Part shown: piece by piece, positions 37,466 to 55,360 of the stretch
Numbering within the stretch: position 1 is the stretch's first letter
How the letters are laid out: each line of letters begins with the position of its first letter
DNA from: Aplysia californica
Lineage: Eukaryota
Reading direction: 5' to 3'
DNA length: 64,000 nt
NCBI RefSeq assembly: GCF_000002075.1
Contig: NW_004797827.1
Location: 352,964-416,963 of the forward strand
Position numbers and translations under genes: made by a program
Notes under the pieces: model-generated
Database searches by the model: none
What the model saw: only the letters and a program-made list of their open reading frames with translations
Told to the model about the DNA's origin: nothing

Positions 37466-38141
37466 AGTGTCACTGCATCTTGCCCTCCCACAGTTCTTAC
37501 ACCTCTCACACTGAATAGGTTTACTTGAGCTCATTCAAGTAATTACTCTACTTTAAGTTTGAGCATTAATTTTGTCTTTCACGTTTATTATGTGAATCAT
37601 TACACTCAGACTGGTTCATGACAGTCGATATTCTGGTTCTAGGCCTTTTCCCAGGCTCAAAACAAGATTCATTTTTATATAGTTTATATATATGCAGGCG
37701 AATATGATGATGGTAAAATATATAAATAAGTCGCAGAAGACCACAGTGCGCCTCCACTTTCTGTACGTAATCAAGACTTACTTGAAATTATCTTCCAAAC
37801 CCTCAAACTGGTATGAAATAACCTTGCTTTGATAAATTGATGGTTTTTATTTCAACATTCTAGGGTCCAACAGTATAATAATAGTGCGTGTCTCGCGAAA
37901 ATGGGCTTCTGTCCCGATCACGCGGAAAGCTCCTCTTTTAAAAAAATTCTGAGTTGAGACCCATGTGTTTAGTTATATTATATATAGATCTAGTCTAGAC
38001 GTCTAGATCTATATAGGCTATAGTATAGTGCTATAGGAGGCGTAGATCTAATCTATATTGGTTTTTTTTACCTATATTTGTATATTGCAGGTTGCTCCGG
38101 TTGACTTGTGCTGAACTTCAAAAGGAAAATTTAAGCAAACT

Positions 38142-44092
<5,951 letters not shown>

Positions 44093-44393
44093 AATGTTCC
44101 TCAGGCTATACTCCGTGGGTTGGGAGGGTGATGATGGCACTGGGCATTTTTTGGGCAATGTTTATTTTCACAGCTCTCAGCTGTGCGTAGCAGCAAAAAC
44201 AGTAATTATATACACTGACTACTGTATCCATTATGTCTACAACAATGTGTAAGTCTTACTCTGCCGTTGGTGTACATGTGTGTGCGTGAGTGTGTGTGTG
44301 TGTGTGTGTGAATTGCTGTCGCCTGGTTATCGATGGTGTGTTTGTATTATTATGCTCCAACTGTGGAACTGGAAGAAATAGGTCAACTCGTCT

Positions 44394-45513
44394 GTGGGTG
44401 GTTGGCGGGTGCTCTGGTGTGGTTTGCTCCTTCCTTCCTATAAAAAATCTATTGTTGTTGCAAGTGCTGTAAAACTCTTACTAAAACTTTAAAAATCTTT
44501 GGCACTTATATGACTTTGTTGTGTTGCAAGTGCTGTAAAACTCTTACTAAAAACTTTTGAAAAATCTTCAGCACTTATAGATCTATGGCCTCATTGTGTT
44601 GCAAGTGCCGTAAAACTCTTACTAAAACTAAAACTAAGGACAGTCACACGGCTGGAGCATAACACCATGGGTATGAATTTCGAGTGTGTGTGTGTGTATT
44701 GGTGTGTTCTTTGCTGTTCGATCGGCGAGTCGGACCGGATCATTCATGATGTATGTTTGCCTTCAGAATCAGCACATTGATGGTCATCCTTCCTGAAACA
44801 ATGTCCGAAAGGTCTTTTGGTAATAGAACCGGTGTGTATGTGTGTGTGTGTGATCATGTGTTATTTGCTTCAAATGTCCACAGTCGCATTCATTTATCAA
44901 AAAAAAATATTGTAACCATCATCTCCCGTCATATCGGTTATATGTTGTTCTTGTCATTAAAGAGTCAAGTGAACTCAGTAATAATGAGTTTGGTTGTTGT
45001 TAGATTGGTAGCCTACTACTAACTACAGTTTTTGTATGATGGCACAACACACATTGGTGCTGGTGGTTGGAGAATGCTGCGTGGATGGTTGGCAGGTGCT
45101 CTGGTGTGGTTTGATCCTTCTTTCCTATCAAACATCTTCATCTATCGTCCTTGTCTCTCCTCCTTTTTTTTGTGTGTTTGTTACTCTCTAGTAACACCTC
45201 TAATCTTCTGCACTTATATGACCTTATTGTGTTGTGGTGCAAATGCCGTAAAACTCTCACTAAAACAACACACTCTGGTGCTGATGGTTGGAGAATGCAG
45301 CTTGTTAGTAGGTCTTGTTGCTTCTCTTTGGTCTTATTCTTTTCTCTTCCCCCTGGGTGGTTGGCGGGTGCTCAAGTGTGGTTTGCTCCTTCTCTCCTAT
45401 CCTAACATCTATCGTCCTTATCCTTTCTCTTTCTTTTTTGTGTATGTTACTTCCTTGTAATACTTCCATTCTTCGGCATTTCTATGACCTTAATGTGTTG
45501 CAAGTGCCGTAAA
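44394..45513 (+). mobile_element. Family A copies in the UBE2I 3' UTR (44394-44636 with tripled tail, 45081-45266, 45355-45513)
   Basis: Consensus match. Confidence 0.8.
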
Positions 45514-45632
45514 AAGTATTCTCTTCCCCTTGCTTTTGTCTGTCTTAGTTTTTCCCCAGCACTGAATGGAGTTCAATTTGGAGGTCCAACGTCTTTGATT
45601 TCATTTAAGTAAAAGTGCTTACAATGTGAACG

Positions 45633-45638
45633 AATAAA
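45633..45638 (+). promoter_or_regulatory. Candidate UBE2I polyadenylation signal
   Basis: First AATAAA I found after the UBE2I stop, about 1.55 kb downstream. Confidence 0.5.
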
Positions 45639-45920
45639 CAAAGTGTGTTCACCTTCACTCCGCCATCCACCAACTGTCTGAATTGTATGGTCCTTAATTT
45701 AACTAATTAATTCAGTATTCACCCCCGCCATACTACCAGAGGTACACACTGCACACAACACCCAACTGGTTGGCTACTGAATAATCTTTCTCTCACGAGA
45801 AATACATAGAAAGAGAGGAGACTCTCGACTCTGGGTCTGAGTGCATGTGCATACGTACTGTACATCACCCACAAAAGACGCTTTTCAAAATCAGATCGCA
45901 CAGTAAAATCATGTATTCCT

Positions 45921-46102
45921 TTAGTTTTAATAAGTGTTTTACGGCACTAGCAACACGATATGTCATATAAGTGCCGAAGATTAGAAGTGTTACAAGAGAG
46001 TAACAAACACACAAAAGAAGGAGGGGAGATGAAGACGATAGATTTTTTTGTAGGAAAGAATAAAAAAGGAGCAAACCACATCAGAGCACCCACCAACCAC
46101 CC
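45921..46102 (-). mobile_element. Family A copy (intergenic)
   Basis: Consensus match. Confidence 0.8.
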
Positions 46103-46742
46103 ACAAAGAGACAAGACTCTCGACTCTGAATGCATGGAATGTACATCGCCCACAAAAGACACTTTTCTTAAACTCAGATTGCACCGTAGAATCATGTAAT
46201 ATTCCTTGACATTGGGCAGTCAGCAAAGGCTATACTCATACTGTACAATACACCAGATGAACCCCGTTGAACCACCAGCCCCGCTGTTCTGCCAACTTCA
46301 TACGCGTCACAGGTGGCGGTACACAACCGAGATTTGACTGTAGACCTAAGTCTGTCCCCGTCGCTTTATGCAAGGAAAAATATCAAAATATGCAAACTGA
46401 GCCCAAAAAAATGTGAAATTATGCGATTCTGTTAATTTTAAAACAAAGAATGATAAAGAAAAATAATCAGAAATAATGCAAAAAATGGGTTGAATTATGA
46501 AGGGTGCATAAAACCACGGGGAAAGATAAGTATGGGTGGTGAGCATTGTAAAGTAAACCTCAAGATCACCTCATTTTGAGACTTTAACCTGGGTTATATC
46601 CATACCGCCGTCCAGCAAGTCACCAATTAATTGTTGTTATTGTTTTGTTTTGTTTTTTAAGAAAAGAAAAGCACATCGACACAAAGTCGTACATATGTAT
46701 CATTACAGTGCGAATGATTGATAAACAATAGAAACAACAGAG

Positions 46743-46934
46743 TGGGTGGTTGGTGGGTGCTCTGGTGTGGTCTGCTTCCTTTTTCCTATCAAACATCTAT
46801 CGTCTGTATCTCCCCTCCTTCTTTTTTGTGTTTGTTACTCTCTTGTAACACCTCTAATCTTCTGGCGCTCATATGACCTTATGCAGTTGCGAGTGCCGTA
46901 AAACCTGTACTAAAACTAAGCTAAAAAAAAAACA
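46743..46934 (+). mobile_element. Family A copy with TSD agaaacaacagag
   Basis: Direct repeat at 46730-46742 and 46935-46947. Confidence 0.88.
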
Positions 46935-47619
46935 AGAAACAACAGAGAGGAAGAAAAGAAGTAGGACCTACCAACTACCAGAGTGGCAACCACCACCCGC
47001 ACGTCATAAGATGACTTGATTTGAACAATGGGAGAAAACAACCCGCTTTGAAACATATATTATGCTGATGAGAGGAAGAACACATTAAATGGCCGCCAAA
47101 GTTTGGTAACTAGTCACGACACAGTACAGCAGGACTGTCCGCGAGTCACAACTCACTGGAAGTACTGGAAGTTCCCTCCGCGGTAGCAAGCGGGGGGGGG
47201 GGGGGGGGGCAAATCAAATCACAAGCCTGCTCGCAAGCCGTCCGCTGCTTTGCAAGCCTTCGAGCAGAATCCAGCCCTAGAACTTCAGCACATACATGTA
47301 GCTTAAGCAGTCCTTGAAAACTGCTTTTAAATAACCCCCCAAAAATGATTAAAATTGCGAAACTGGTGGGAAAATGCCTGTTTCTCCAAGCTTATTATTT
47401 TGACGAGCGCCTGATTACTCCACGATACCTCACACTCACAATTGCTTTACAAAACCTGAACATGAGACGGTATACGGTACATGTTGTGAAAGGAAAACAG
47501 TACTGTACTACTACTACATTTTGTCCCAGAAGAAATGCTGACTCATACAATGTGTGGAAATGAGGCTGGATACCATAATAAGAGAGGGACAAATTTTTCG
47601 ATAGTTTCAATTATTGTTA

Positions 47620-48124
47620 TACGGAGTGCCTGCTGGATCGGGTCGATTACCGAGTCGGGCGATCGGAGTGGCACCCCGTAGGCTATGTGCCCACTACAGC
47701 TTGATCGGGCCAATCATGTACTCTCCCGACTCGATCATGTTCTCGCCTGGTCCAATACGAGGTGCCCACGATATGCCTGAAACTAGTGAAACTGCGTTTG
47801 TTTGTGAGGCGACCCAGTCGGGCGATCGGCCCGATCCATCGATCCGATCCGGCTGTGATTGAGAGCGCTCACCGTCGCCAGTGTTGTCTATAATAATCGT
47901 CGATATACTAAGAATGCAATGACCACCACATGGAGATGGAGGAAAAAAAGAATCGCAAACAGGAACTACTTGTTCCCATAAATAACTCTTATAATACGGG
48001 GTGCCCACTACGGCTGGATCGGGCCGATCGCCTGAGAAACTGGAAACAAACACGTTTGTTTTTGAGGCGATCGAGTCAGGCGATCGGCCCGATCGGCCGA
48101 TCCCGTTCGTACTGGGCACCCCGT
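47620..48124. mobile_element. Cluster of small palindromic MITE-like units (TACGGGGTGCCCA...TGGGCACCCCGTA)
   Basis: Units at about 47620-47680, 47686-47860 and 47996-48124, rich in GATCGGGC/GCCCGATC. Confidence 0.6.
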
Positions 48125-49775
48125 ATTACCTTTCATTAAGTATATCCACCTTTTATTCCCCTTTGATATACTGGGGTCTGCCCATCTACTTAATTTCGTA
48201 CACATTTGTACTCAAGGATCGATCTACTAAACTGACAAGACTGTCCCCGTCGTTTTAAGCAAGAAAAATTCTGAGATTATGCAAACTGAGCCAAAAAATG
48301 TGAAATTATGCGATTTTGTTAATTTTAACAAAGAATGATAAAGGAAAAAAAAATTATGCAAAAAATGATCAAATGTTGCTAAATTATGCGGGGTGCATAA
48401 AACCACGGGGACAGGCTATTTCATTTCGCACACATTTGTACTCAAGGGTCGATCTACTAAACTGACAAGATCCCAACAGAAAAATAAACAACTTACGTAC
48501 GTTTGAGTTTTAGACAAAGCGAGGGGGATAAGGCACATAGAGAGTTACGGTGCAGAGACAAAGAAAGAGATGGACACCGTAGACAGCCAGATAAAAAGTT
48601 AGTTTTTGAGAGAGAGAGAGAGAGAGAGAGAGANNNNNNNNNNNNNNNNNNNNNNNNNNNNNNNNNNNNNNNNNNNNNNNNNNNNNNNNNNNNNNNNNNN
48701 NNNNNNNNNNNNNNNNNNNNNNNNNNNNNNNNNNNNNNNNNNNNNNNNNNNNNNNNNNNNNNNNNNNNNNNNNGGGGAGGTGTTGGGGGATATTGCACTT
48801 CTAATGAAAGTGAAAGAGGCGTGAAAGTATTTCAAAAAAAAAAAAAAATCATAAAGAATGGAAATCCTGATCCAGAAAGTTCTACGTGATTAGGCTACCG
48901 TGTAGATCTGTTCGTTCCTGAAGGGCTACAACATAAAGCTACATTAACTTGGTGGTACCTGTTTATATAATTTTATGTGCGCTGTACTATCCGCTTTGTG
49001 TTACGACTGTTCATGCATTGATTATCTGACCAAGAGCAAATGAATTTTAAGTATTATAGCCTACGCGTTGGGTTTTAAAGTAACAGAATGGTAAAAATAA
49101 TTATGAGTATATTAAGCTACTTTATGGTGTTGTCCTCGTGTCTTCATGGACGCAAAAAGTATTATTTATAGCTTGTTTAAAAATTCTATCTAAAAAATTC
49201 AATTCATCCTAGATCTATACTTAAACGAAAGTCGAAAAATCTAGGTGAGTAACAAGCAGTGGATTGACGAGATAGACAATAAACAAATTCTAGCTTAACA
49301 CCATTTGAGAAGGCGTAACAAACGTGAGGTGTGCTGACAAAATGAGTTACTTCTCGGGTTTCAGCCTTATGGAAATTGATACATCTACCTTTTTAGGTGA
49401 AGTTTGTACAATTTGTGAGCATGGAATAGTAAAAGACACAATAAACTTTAACAAAATGGCATCAATTGAAAATCTACAAATCTGACCCCAGTGTCAATTT
49501 TCAGCCGATATCTCCATTCTTGGATCGTGGGAAGTAACTCATTTTGTCACCACACCTCACAAATAATAATTAGTAATTAATTTTATTAATTGGGGATCGG
49601 TCCCGATTAGTATTCTTGGCTGCGACATCTTTTTTTGAGCAAAAATCTGGCCAAACAGGAAATAGTATCGACCCAGTGCCAACAAGGCTGCAAAGAAAAA
49701 TCTGGAGACAACTTTCGAAGCCGAAACGAAGCTGGAGCAGACACAGTGACACAAGAAGAGGAAGAGTGAGGCAAA

Positions 49776-50592
49776 ATGGCGAACGAAGTTACACATGCTC
49801 CCAATAAAACATGGGAATTGAGTTTATACGAGCTGCACAGAACGCCACAAGATGCAATTACGGATAACACAGAAATAGCAGTTTCACCGAGAAGTCTCCA
49901 TAGTGAGCTCATGTGCCCAATTTGTTTGGATATGTTGAAGAGTACAATGACAACAAAGGAATGTTTACACCGATTTTGCCAAGAGTGTATTATTACAGCC
50001 CTTCGTAGTGGAAATAAAGAGTGCCCTACGTGCAGGAAAAAACTTGTTTCGAAACGTTCATTGCGACCTGACCCTAATTTTGATGCACTGATATCTAAAA
50101 TTTACCCAAGCAGAGACGAATATGAAGCTCACCAGGAAAGATTGATGGCAAAACTCAACAAACACCACAACACAGCTGCCCTCACCAACAGTATTGAAGA
50201 AGGTTTGCGGCTTCAGGCCTTGAATCGGGCACAACGGGTGAGAAAACAAAATCAGAATACTGAAATGGGTGCTCGGAGAAATGATGACGATCCAAATGAT
50301 GATAATTTGTCAGAGTCTCAGGGTTTGGCAGATAACGATGAGATGTCAAATCAGTCGAACGATGCACTGCAGCACAAGCCAATAATGAAGCATCAGTTCT
50401 CAGATGATTCGAGTGCGGAAAACTCCACAGGTGAAGCTAGCATGTCAGAGCAACACTCAAGGGGTAGTCCAGAACCTGCCATACCCCAACTGATCAATGA
50501 GATTGAACTGATTTTCAAGCCCCATCCTCAAGACTGCGATGGTGATCCATCGTCACAGACCCGTTACATCAAGACCACAGGAAATGCCACTG
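49776..50592 (+). CDS. RNF2: RING1/RNF2 coding exon 1 (RING finger)
   Basis: Long ORF ending TGNAT G|gtacgt. Confidence 0.95.
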
Positions 50593-53500
50593 GTACGTAA
50601 TTTAGTAGTAGAATCTAGTAGTATTGAGTATTGTTAACACATTGTTTTTTGTAAGACAAGGTAACAAGGTTATGGGGAAGGATTTCCATAACGAGTGAAC
50701 ACCCCAACAAACACCCTAATCAGCTAATAATCCAAGCCCTTGTAGTGACTTGTAGCCCTAGCCCCAACCCTGACTCTCGAAAACTTAACCCTAGCCCTAG
50801 CCCTAGTGTCTACGTACACGGTAACCGGGCACCTAGTCTCAATATCTACGTACACGGTAACCGGGCACCTAGTCTCAGTTTCTATCATGTACACGGTAAC
50901 CGGGCACCTAGATCTAGACTTAGTCTCAGTATCTACGTACACGGTAAACCGGAATGAAAATAAATCAATATATTGTCTTGTGCTGTCACTTGCTGAAAAT
51001 AAAGAAAGTCATACAAGAAGCGTCTTGTCGGGCTCACCATCGTGACCGGTCAGTGAACCTGTGCGTGTGCATCACATTGTGAGTACCGGTTGGGGGTCAC
51101 CAAAGTTCATTCAAACCCTATGCGCTGCGAAGTATAGAGCTCCGGAATGGGGGGATTATTTATTTTTTTAAAGGTACAGTCGAGGGAGGGGTGGGGATGA
51201 AGGAAACACCGGATGACAAAAACTGAACTTTGAGTTTTGAACTGCCCGGTTACCGTACGTGACACTGAGACTACAGGCCCGGTTGCCGGTTACCGTGTAC
51301 GTAGATATTGAGGCTACATGCCCGGTTACCGTGTACATGACACTGAGACTACGTGCCCGGTTGCCGGTTACCGTAGACCCTCCATTTCTTGTATTCTCAA
51401 TCTTACTTTTACCGCTTCTCTTCTAGCCCTAACCCTAACCTTTAGATTCCATAGTGGTCACTTGTTACAGAATTTTATACCTCCCAAGGTGACGTAGACT
51501 AGGGTCTTTACTTTTACACTTTAAGTCGTTACTGTTACACCACAAAGTTGTTAACTATTGCTTCTTTACTCCAAGACCACAATTCAATGCTTTAATTATA
51601 TTTGCTCTGGTAACACTTTGGAGTTACACGCTGGTACTGAGAGGAAGGGCAGCCAATAGAGAATGGTTTCTGTGCCAAGTGCACTTTTCCATGTAAATGT
51701 TGTTGGGGTCAAGGCCAAGGGGTCAGCTACCTCTGTCATTTTTCTGGTTAAATTGATTGAAAATTCTTATAATATAATAAAACTTTTCAACATACTGTGA
51801 TCTCTGTAACTTTTGTTATTCAAACGTACCAGAGTCAATGATTCAAAATTCGGATTTTGAGATCTGATTATAAAAACTTTATCTTTACCCGAAGTGGGCT
51901 ATCTCTATGCTGCATGGTGATTTTTTTGTATAAAAGTTGTGAGGACAAAAATCAATTTGTAGAAAAATGATGCTTGAAAAAAACACAACCAAAGTGCATT
52001 GCATGGGTCTGAGTAGGAAATTCTCAGAAAAGCCAGAGCGGTAAATTTTTACTTTCCACTCCGGCACGCAGACGCACTGCTTTTGAGGTCAAACTGCAGT
52101 ATAGTATTTGCTGCAGATCACACACATAGCCACCAAAACTGTCGCCAATTAATTATTTTCAAGAAAATTTCAATCTTAACTATGCAAAACATCAAGTAAC
52201 TGGGGTGTATTCCCCTCTGTAACTTGTAACCCAGATTTTTTTTCTTACTTGAAACCCCACGATTGGTCCAAAGAGCAGAAATTTCTACACTATTGCCTGG
52301 TGTGGTAAGTTCCATCATAAACCGTCAAATATTTTTAAAACAATTACTTTGCGATGGAAATTAAGTCAATATAAATTGTTTTCAGCGCATTGTAGTTTTG
52401 ATTTCAGTCTCAGCACTAGTGGGTGGTTGACGGGTGCTCTGGTGTGGTTTGCTCCTTCTTTCCTATCAAAATACCTATCGTCTTTGTCTCTCCTCCTTTT
52501 TTGTGTATGTAAACTCTCTTGTAACACATATCTATTCTTCGTCACTTATATGACCTTATTGTGTTGCAAGTGCCGTAAAACTCTCGTTAAAACTAAACTA
52601 AGTCTCAGCACTAAACTAAACCCAATGTTTTACTGTTTCAGTTGACCATTTGTCCAAGTACCTGGCCATCCGTTTGTCGATAGACACTTCAAGTGACTGC
52701 GATGAAGGTATGATCATGATAATGATGTTTTTATTTTATATTATTATTAGACTCGAACTAATTTTAGGGGTATCCGTGTTTTGCGTTTTATTTTCTCTCT
52801 CTGTTTCTGTTTTTTTTTCCTTGTTACCTTTCGAAATTGCTTTTTATTGAAATGCAAGGTTATTTTTGGAGAACAAAAATTATTGTTGTATAGCTTGTTT
52901 TTTTAAAAATTCTTATAGAAAAGAGTAAAAAAAAAGTCTGATCAGGCTTGACATTTTAATCTTTTTTGATAAATTATAATTCATAAAAAAATGTGTTAGG
53001 TGTTATTGACTTTGTTGTTCTTTTGTAAAGCTTTTTTTCTTTAGTATTTTTAAGAGAAATGTATTAATTTCTACTGCTGTACTTTAAGGTGTATCTTTTT
53101 TGGAAATATCCTGCCTTGTCTTGTATCAAATTTTGTATACTAATTTAGACCTTTTACAAATTTGTTGACATTACGATAAAGACTCGGTGTTTGGTTTGTG
53201 GATGCTCTGGTGTGGTTTGCTTTCTTCTTTCCTATCAAAGATCTGTCTTTATCTCGCCTTCTTCTTTTTTGTGTTTGTTACTCTCTAGTAACACCTCTAA
53301 TCTTCTGGCGCTCATATGACCTTATGCAGTTGCGAGTGCCGTAAAACTCTTACTAAAACTATAACTCTAATCTTCGGCACTTATATGACCTTATTGTGTT
53401 GCAATAATCTTACGAAAAAGGAAAAAACCTCTTTAATGTCCAGGTCTTTCTCCTTCACCCACGGCCATCTGTGTAAAATGTCCAGGTCTTTCTCCTTCAC

Positions 53501-54465
53501 CCACGGCCATCTGTTTAAAATGTCCAGGTCTTTCTCCTTCACCCACGGCCATCTGTGTAAAATGTCCAGGTCTTTCTCCTTCACCCACGGCCATCTGTGT
53601 AAAATGTCCAGGTCTTTCTCCTTCACTCACGGCCATCTGTGTAAAATGTCCAGGTCTTTCTCCTTCACCCACGGCCATCTGTGTAAAATGTCCAGGTCTT
53701 TCTCCTTCACCCACGGCCATCTGTGTAAAATGTCCAGGTCTTTCTCCTTCACCCACGGCCATCTGTGTAAAATGTCCAGGTCTTTCTCCTTCACCCACGG
53801 CCATCTGTGTAAGTTGTTCTTGGTCTATCCCTGCCTCTTTAAATTTAAATTGTTGGTGGTTGGCGGGTGCTCTGATGTGGTTTGCTCCTTCTTTCCTATC
53901 AAACATCTATCGTCCTAAATCTCCCCTCCTTCTTTTTTATGTTTGTTACTCTCTTGTAACTCATATAAATAATCTTCTGGCGCTCATATGACCTTATGCA
54001 GTTGCGAGCGCCGTAAAACCTCTACTAAAACAAACAAAATTTTCATTTCTTTTTTTTTTTTTTCAAGCGAGAGCGAAGTTTTCAAGGCTTTTACTTTTTT
54101 ATGTCTAAGTTCAAGTAGTATTCCAGACGCTCTATTTGTCTCTTCCTAATTGTTTTTTAAATTTATTACTATTATTGGTGAGGGACCCACTCTGGCTTTA
54201 AATTTCAGCTTCTTCACATTCTATCTGCACTGATACCAAATTTGTTCCTTTTAAAAAATATTTTCCAGAGGAAGTGTCGTCTGGCAGTCGGTTTGACATC
54301 TTCGTCGCGTCACCTCCCGGCCATTTTGTTCTGCTGAGTGGAACCACAAATCTGGAGCATGTGAAAGACAAGTACTGGAAAGTGAACAAACCCCTCGAGA
54401 TCTTCTACTCGGTGCGCAAGTCAGCGTCGCAGTCGACTGTGAAGAAAATGCATCCAGACAAATGA
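49776..54465 (+). CDS. RNF2: Polycomb PRC1 E3 ubiquitin ligase RING1/RING2 (Sce), join(49776..50592,52642..52707,54269..54465), 359 aa
   Basis: [15 protein letters not shown]...[25 protein letters not shown]...[34 protein letters not shown] domain; RAWUL-like C-terminus ([43 protein letters not shown]). Confidence 0.95.
50805..51378. mobile_element. Shortened foldback element (20436 family) in RING1 intron 1
   Basis: Inverted CTACGTACACGGTAACCGGG arrays flanking the same internal core. Confidence 0.75.
52419..52600 (+). mobile_element. Family A copy with TSD agtctcagcacta
   Basis: Direct repeat at 52406-52418 and 52601-52613. Confidence 0.9.
52642..52707 (+). CDS. RNF2: RING1/RNF2 coding exon 2
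   Basis: ttcag|[22 protein letters not shown], donor |gtatga. Confidence 0.9.
53197..54035 (+). mobile_element. Family A copies on both sides of the minisatellite (53197-53415, 53864-54035)
   Basis: Consensus match. Confidence 0.8.
53435..53812. repeat. 42-bp minisatellite x9 in RING1 intron 2
   Basis: aatgtccaggtctttctccttcacccacggccatctgtgtaa, near-identical units. Confidence 0.95.
54269..54465 (+). CDS. RNF2: RING1/RNF2 last coding exon
   Basis: tccag|[48 protein letters not shown]...DK*. Confidence 0.9.
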
Positions 54466-55354
54466 GGGGCGCCTTCTTAATAACTCAAGTTTAAAAAAAA
54501 AATTTTTTTTTAATCTTAAAGTTTGACTGGCAAGAACAATATAAGCATCTTCACCTTTGTAGCCAGAACATTTGGTCCTGTTTTTGACCCCTCTATTTTC
54601 TTGGAGCTACCTTTGGTCACGTAATACGATGCTGATGAATGTACCGTGTAGCTACCCCCGTTTAAGTTAAAAGTGTATTCGTCAAGATGTATCAAGTGTT
54701 CATGCTGTCACACACTGGCTGGAGGCGCAGTGACTTGTTCCTTGATTGGGAGGTTGGCTGCATTGGGGAGGACTGATATATAAAGATTTGCAAGTCGTGT
54801 TCTTTCTTTCAACTTGTCTTTTTAGTTGTGATGGATGTTTTAGTAACCTAAACCGTTGTGATGGATACAACACAAAGACTCAAACTCTGTACAACTCGTA
54901 ACTAATAATGTGCCAGATGGTGTAGATATTTGTGCTTGTAGATACTCAGTTGGCGGACTCCAACAATTTTCACAGCTAGCTAATCGCGGGCAGTACTGCA
55001 TACAGGGGTATCTCAACGGCCTCCAAAAATGACTATCATCTGTATGCAATACTGCCCGCATAATAATGGTTATCGGCTTAGAGAGATATCTCTGTAAATA
55101 AACCCACTGCCATTGTAAATTTCACACTACCTTTGTAGAGTGGTGGCTGGTGACCTTGAAGCTTCTCCTTTATTGTAAGATTTTACAATTGAACGTTACT
55201 GTGGAGTCCTTGCAACCCCTTCCCTGCCTAGGGGAAGTAACATAGCTCTGCCAGGGTGCAGAAAAATGTTTATCAAGTTAAAGAACTAATACTGGTTTAA
55301 TTTCTTTTTTTCTACATTCTTCTTCTGAAACTGCACATTGTGTATGGAGTATTC

Positions 55355-55360
55355 AATAAA
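55355..55360 (+). promoter_or_regulatory. Candidate RING1/RNF2 polyadenylation signal
   Basis: AATAAA followed by T-rich sequence; alternatives near 55494 and 57212. Confidence 0.4.

Noticed and set aside
50755-51442. CCCTAA/CCCTAG telomere-like units
   Set aside because: Only a few degenerate units next to a transposon; not a telomeric array.
53316-53918. 200-aa and 157-aa repetitive ORFs
   Set aside because: Translations of the intronic 42-bp minisatellite and flanking retroposon; not a gene.
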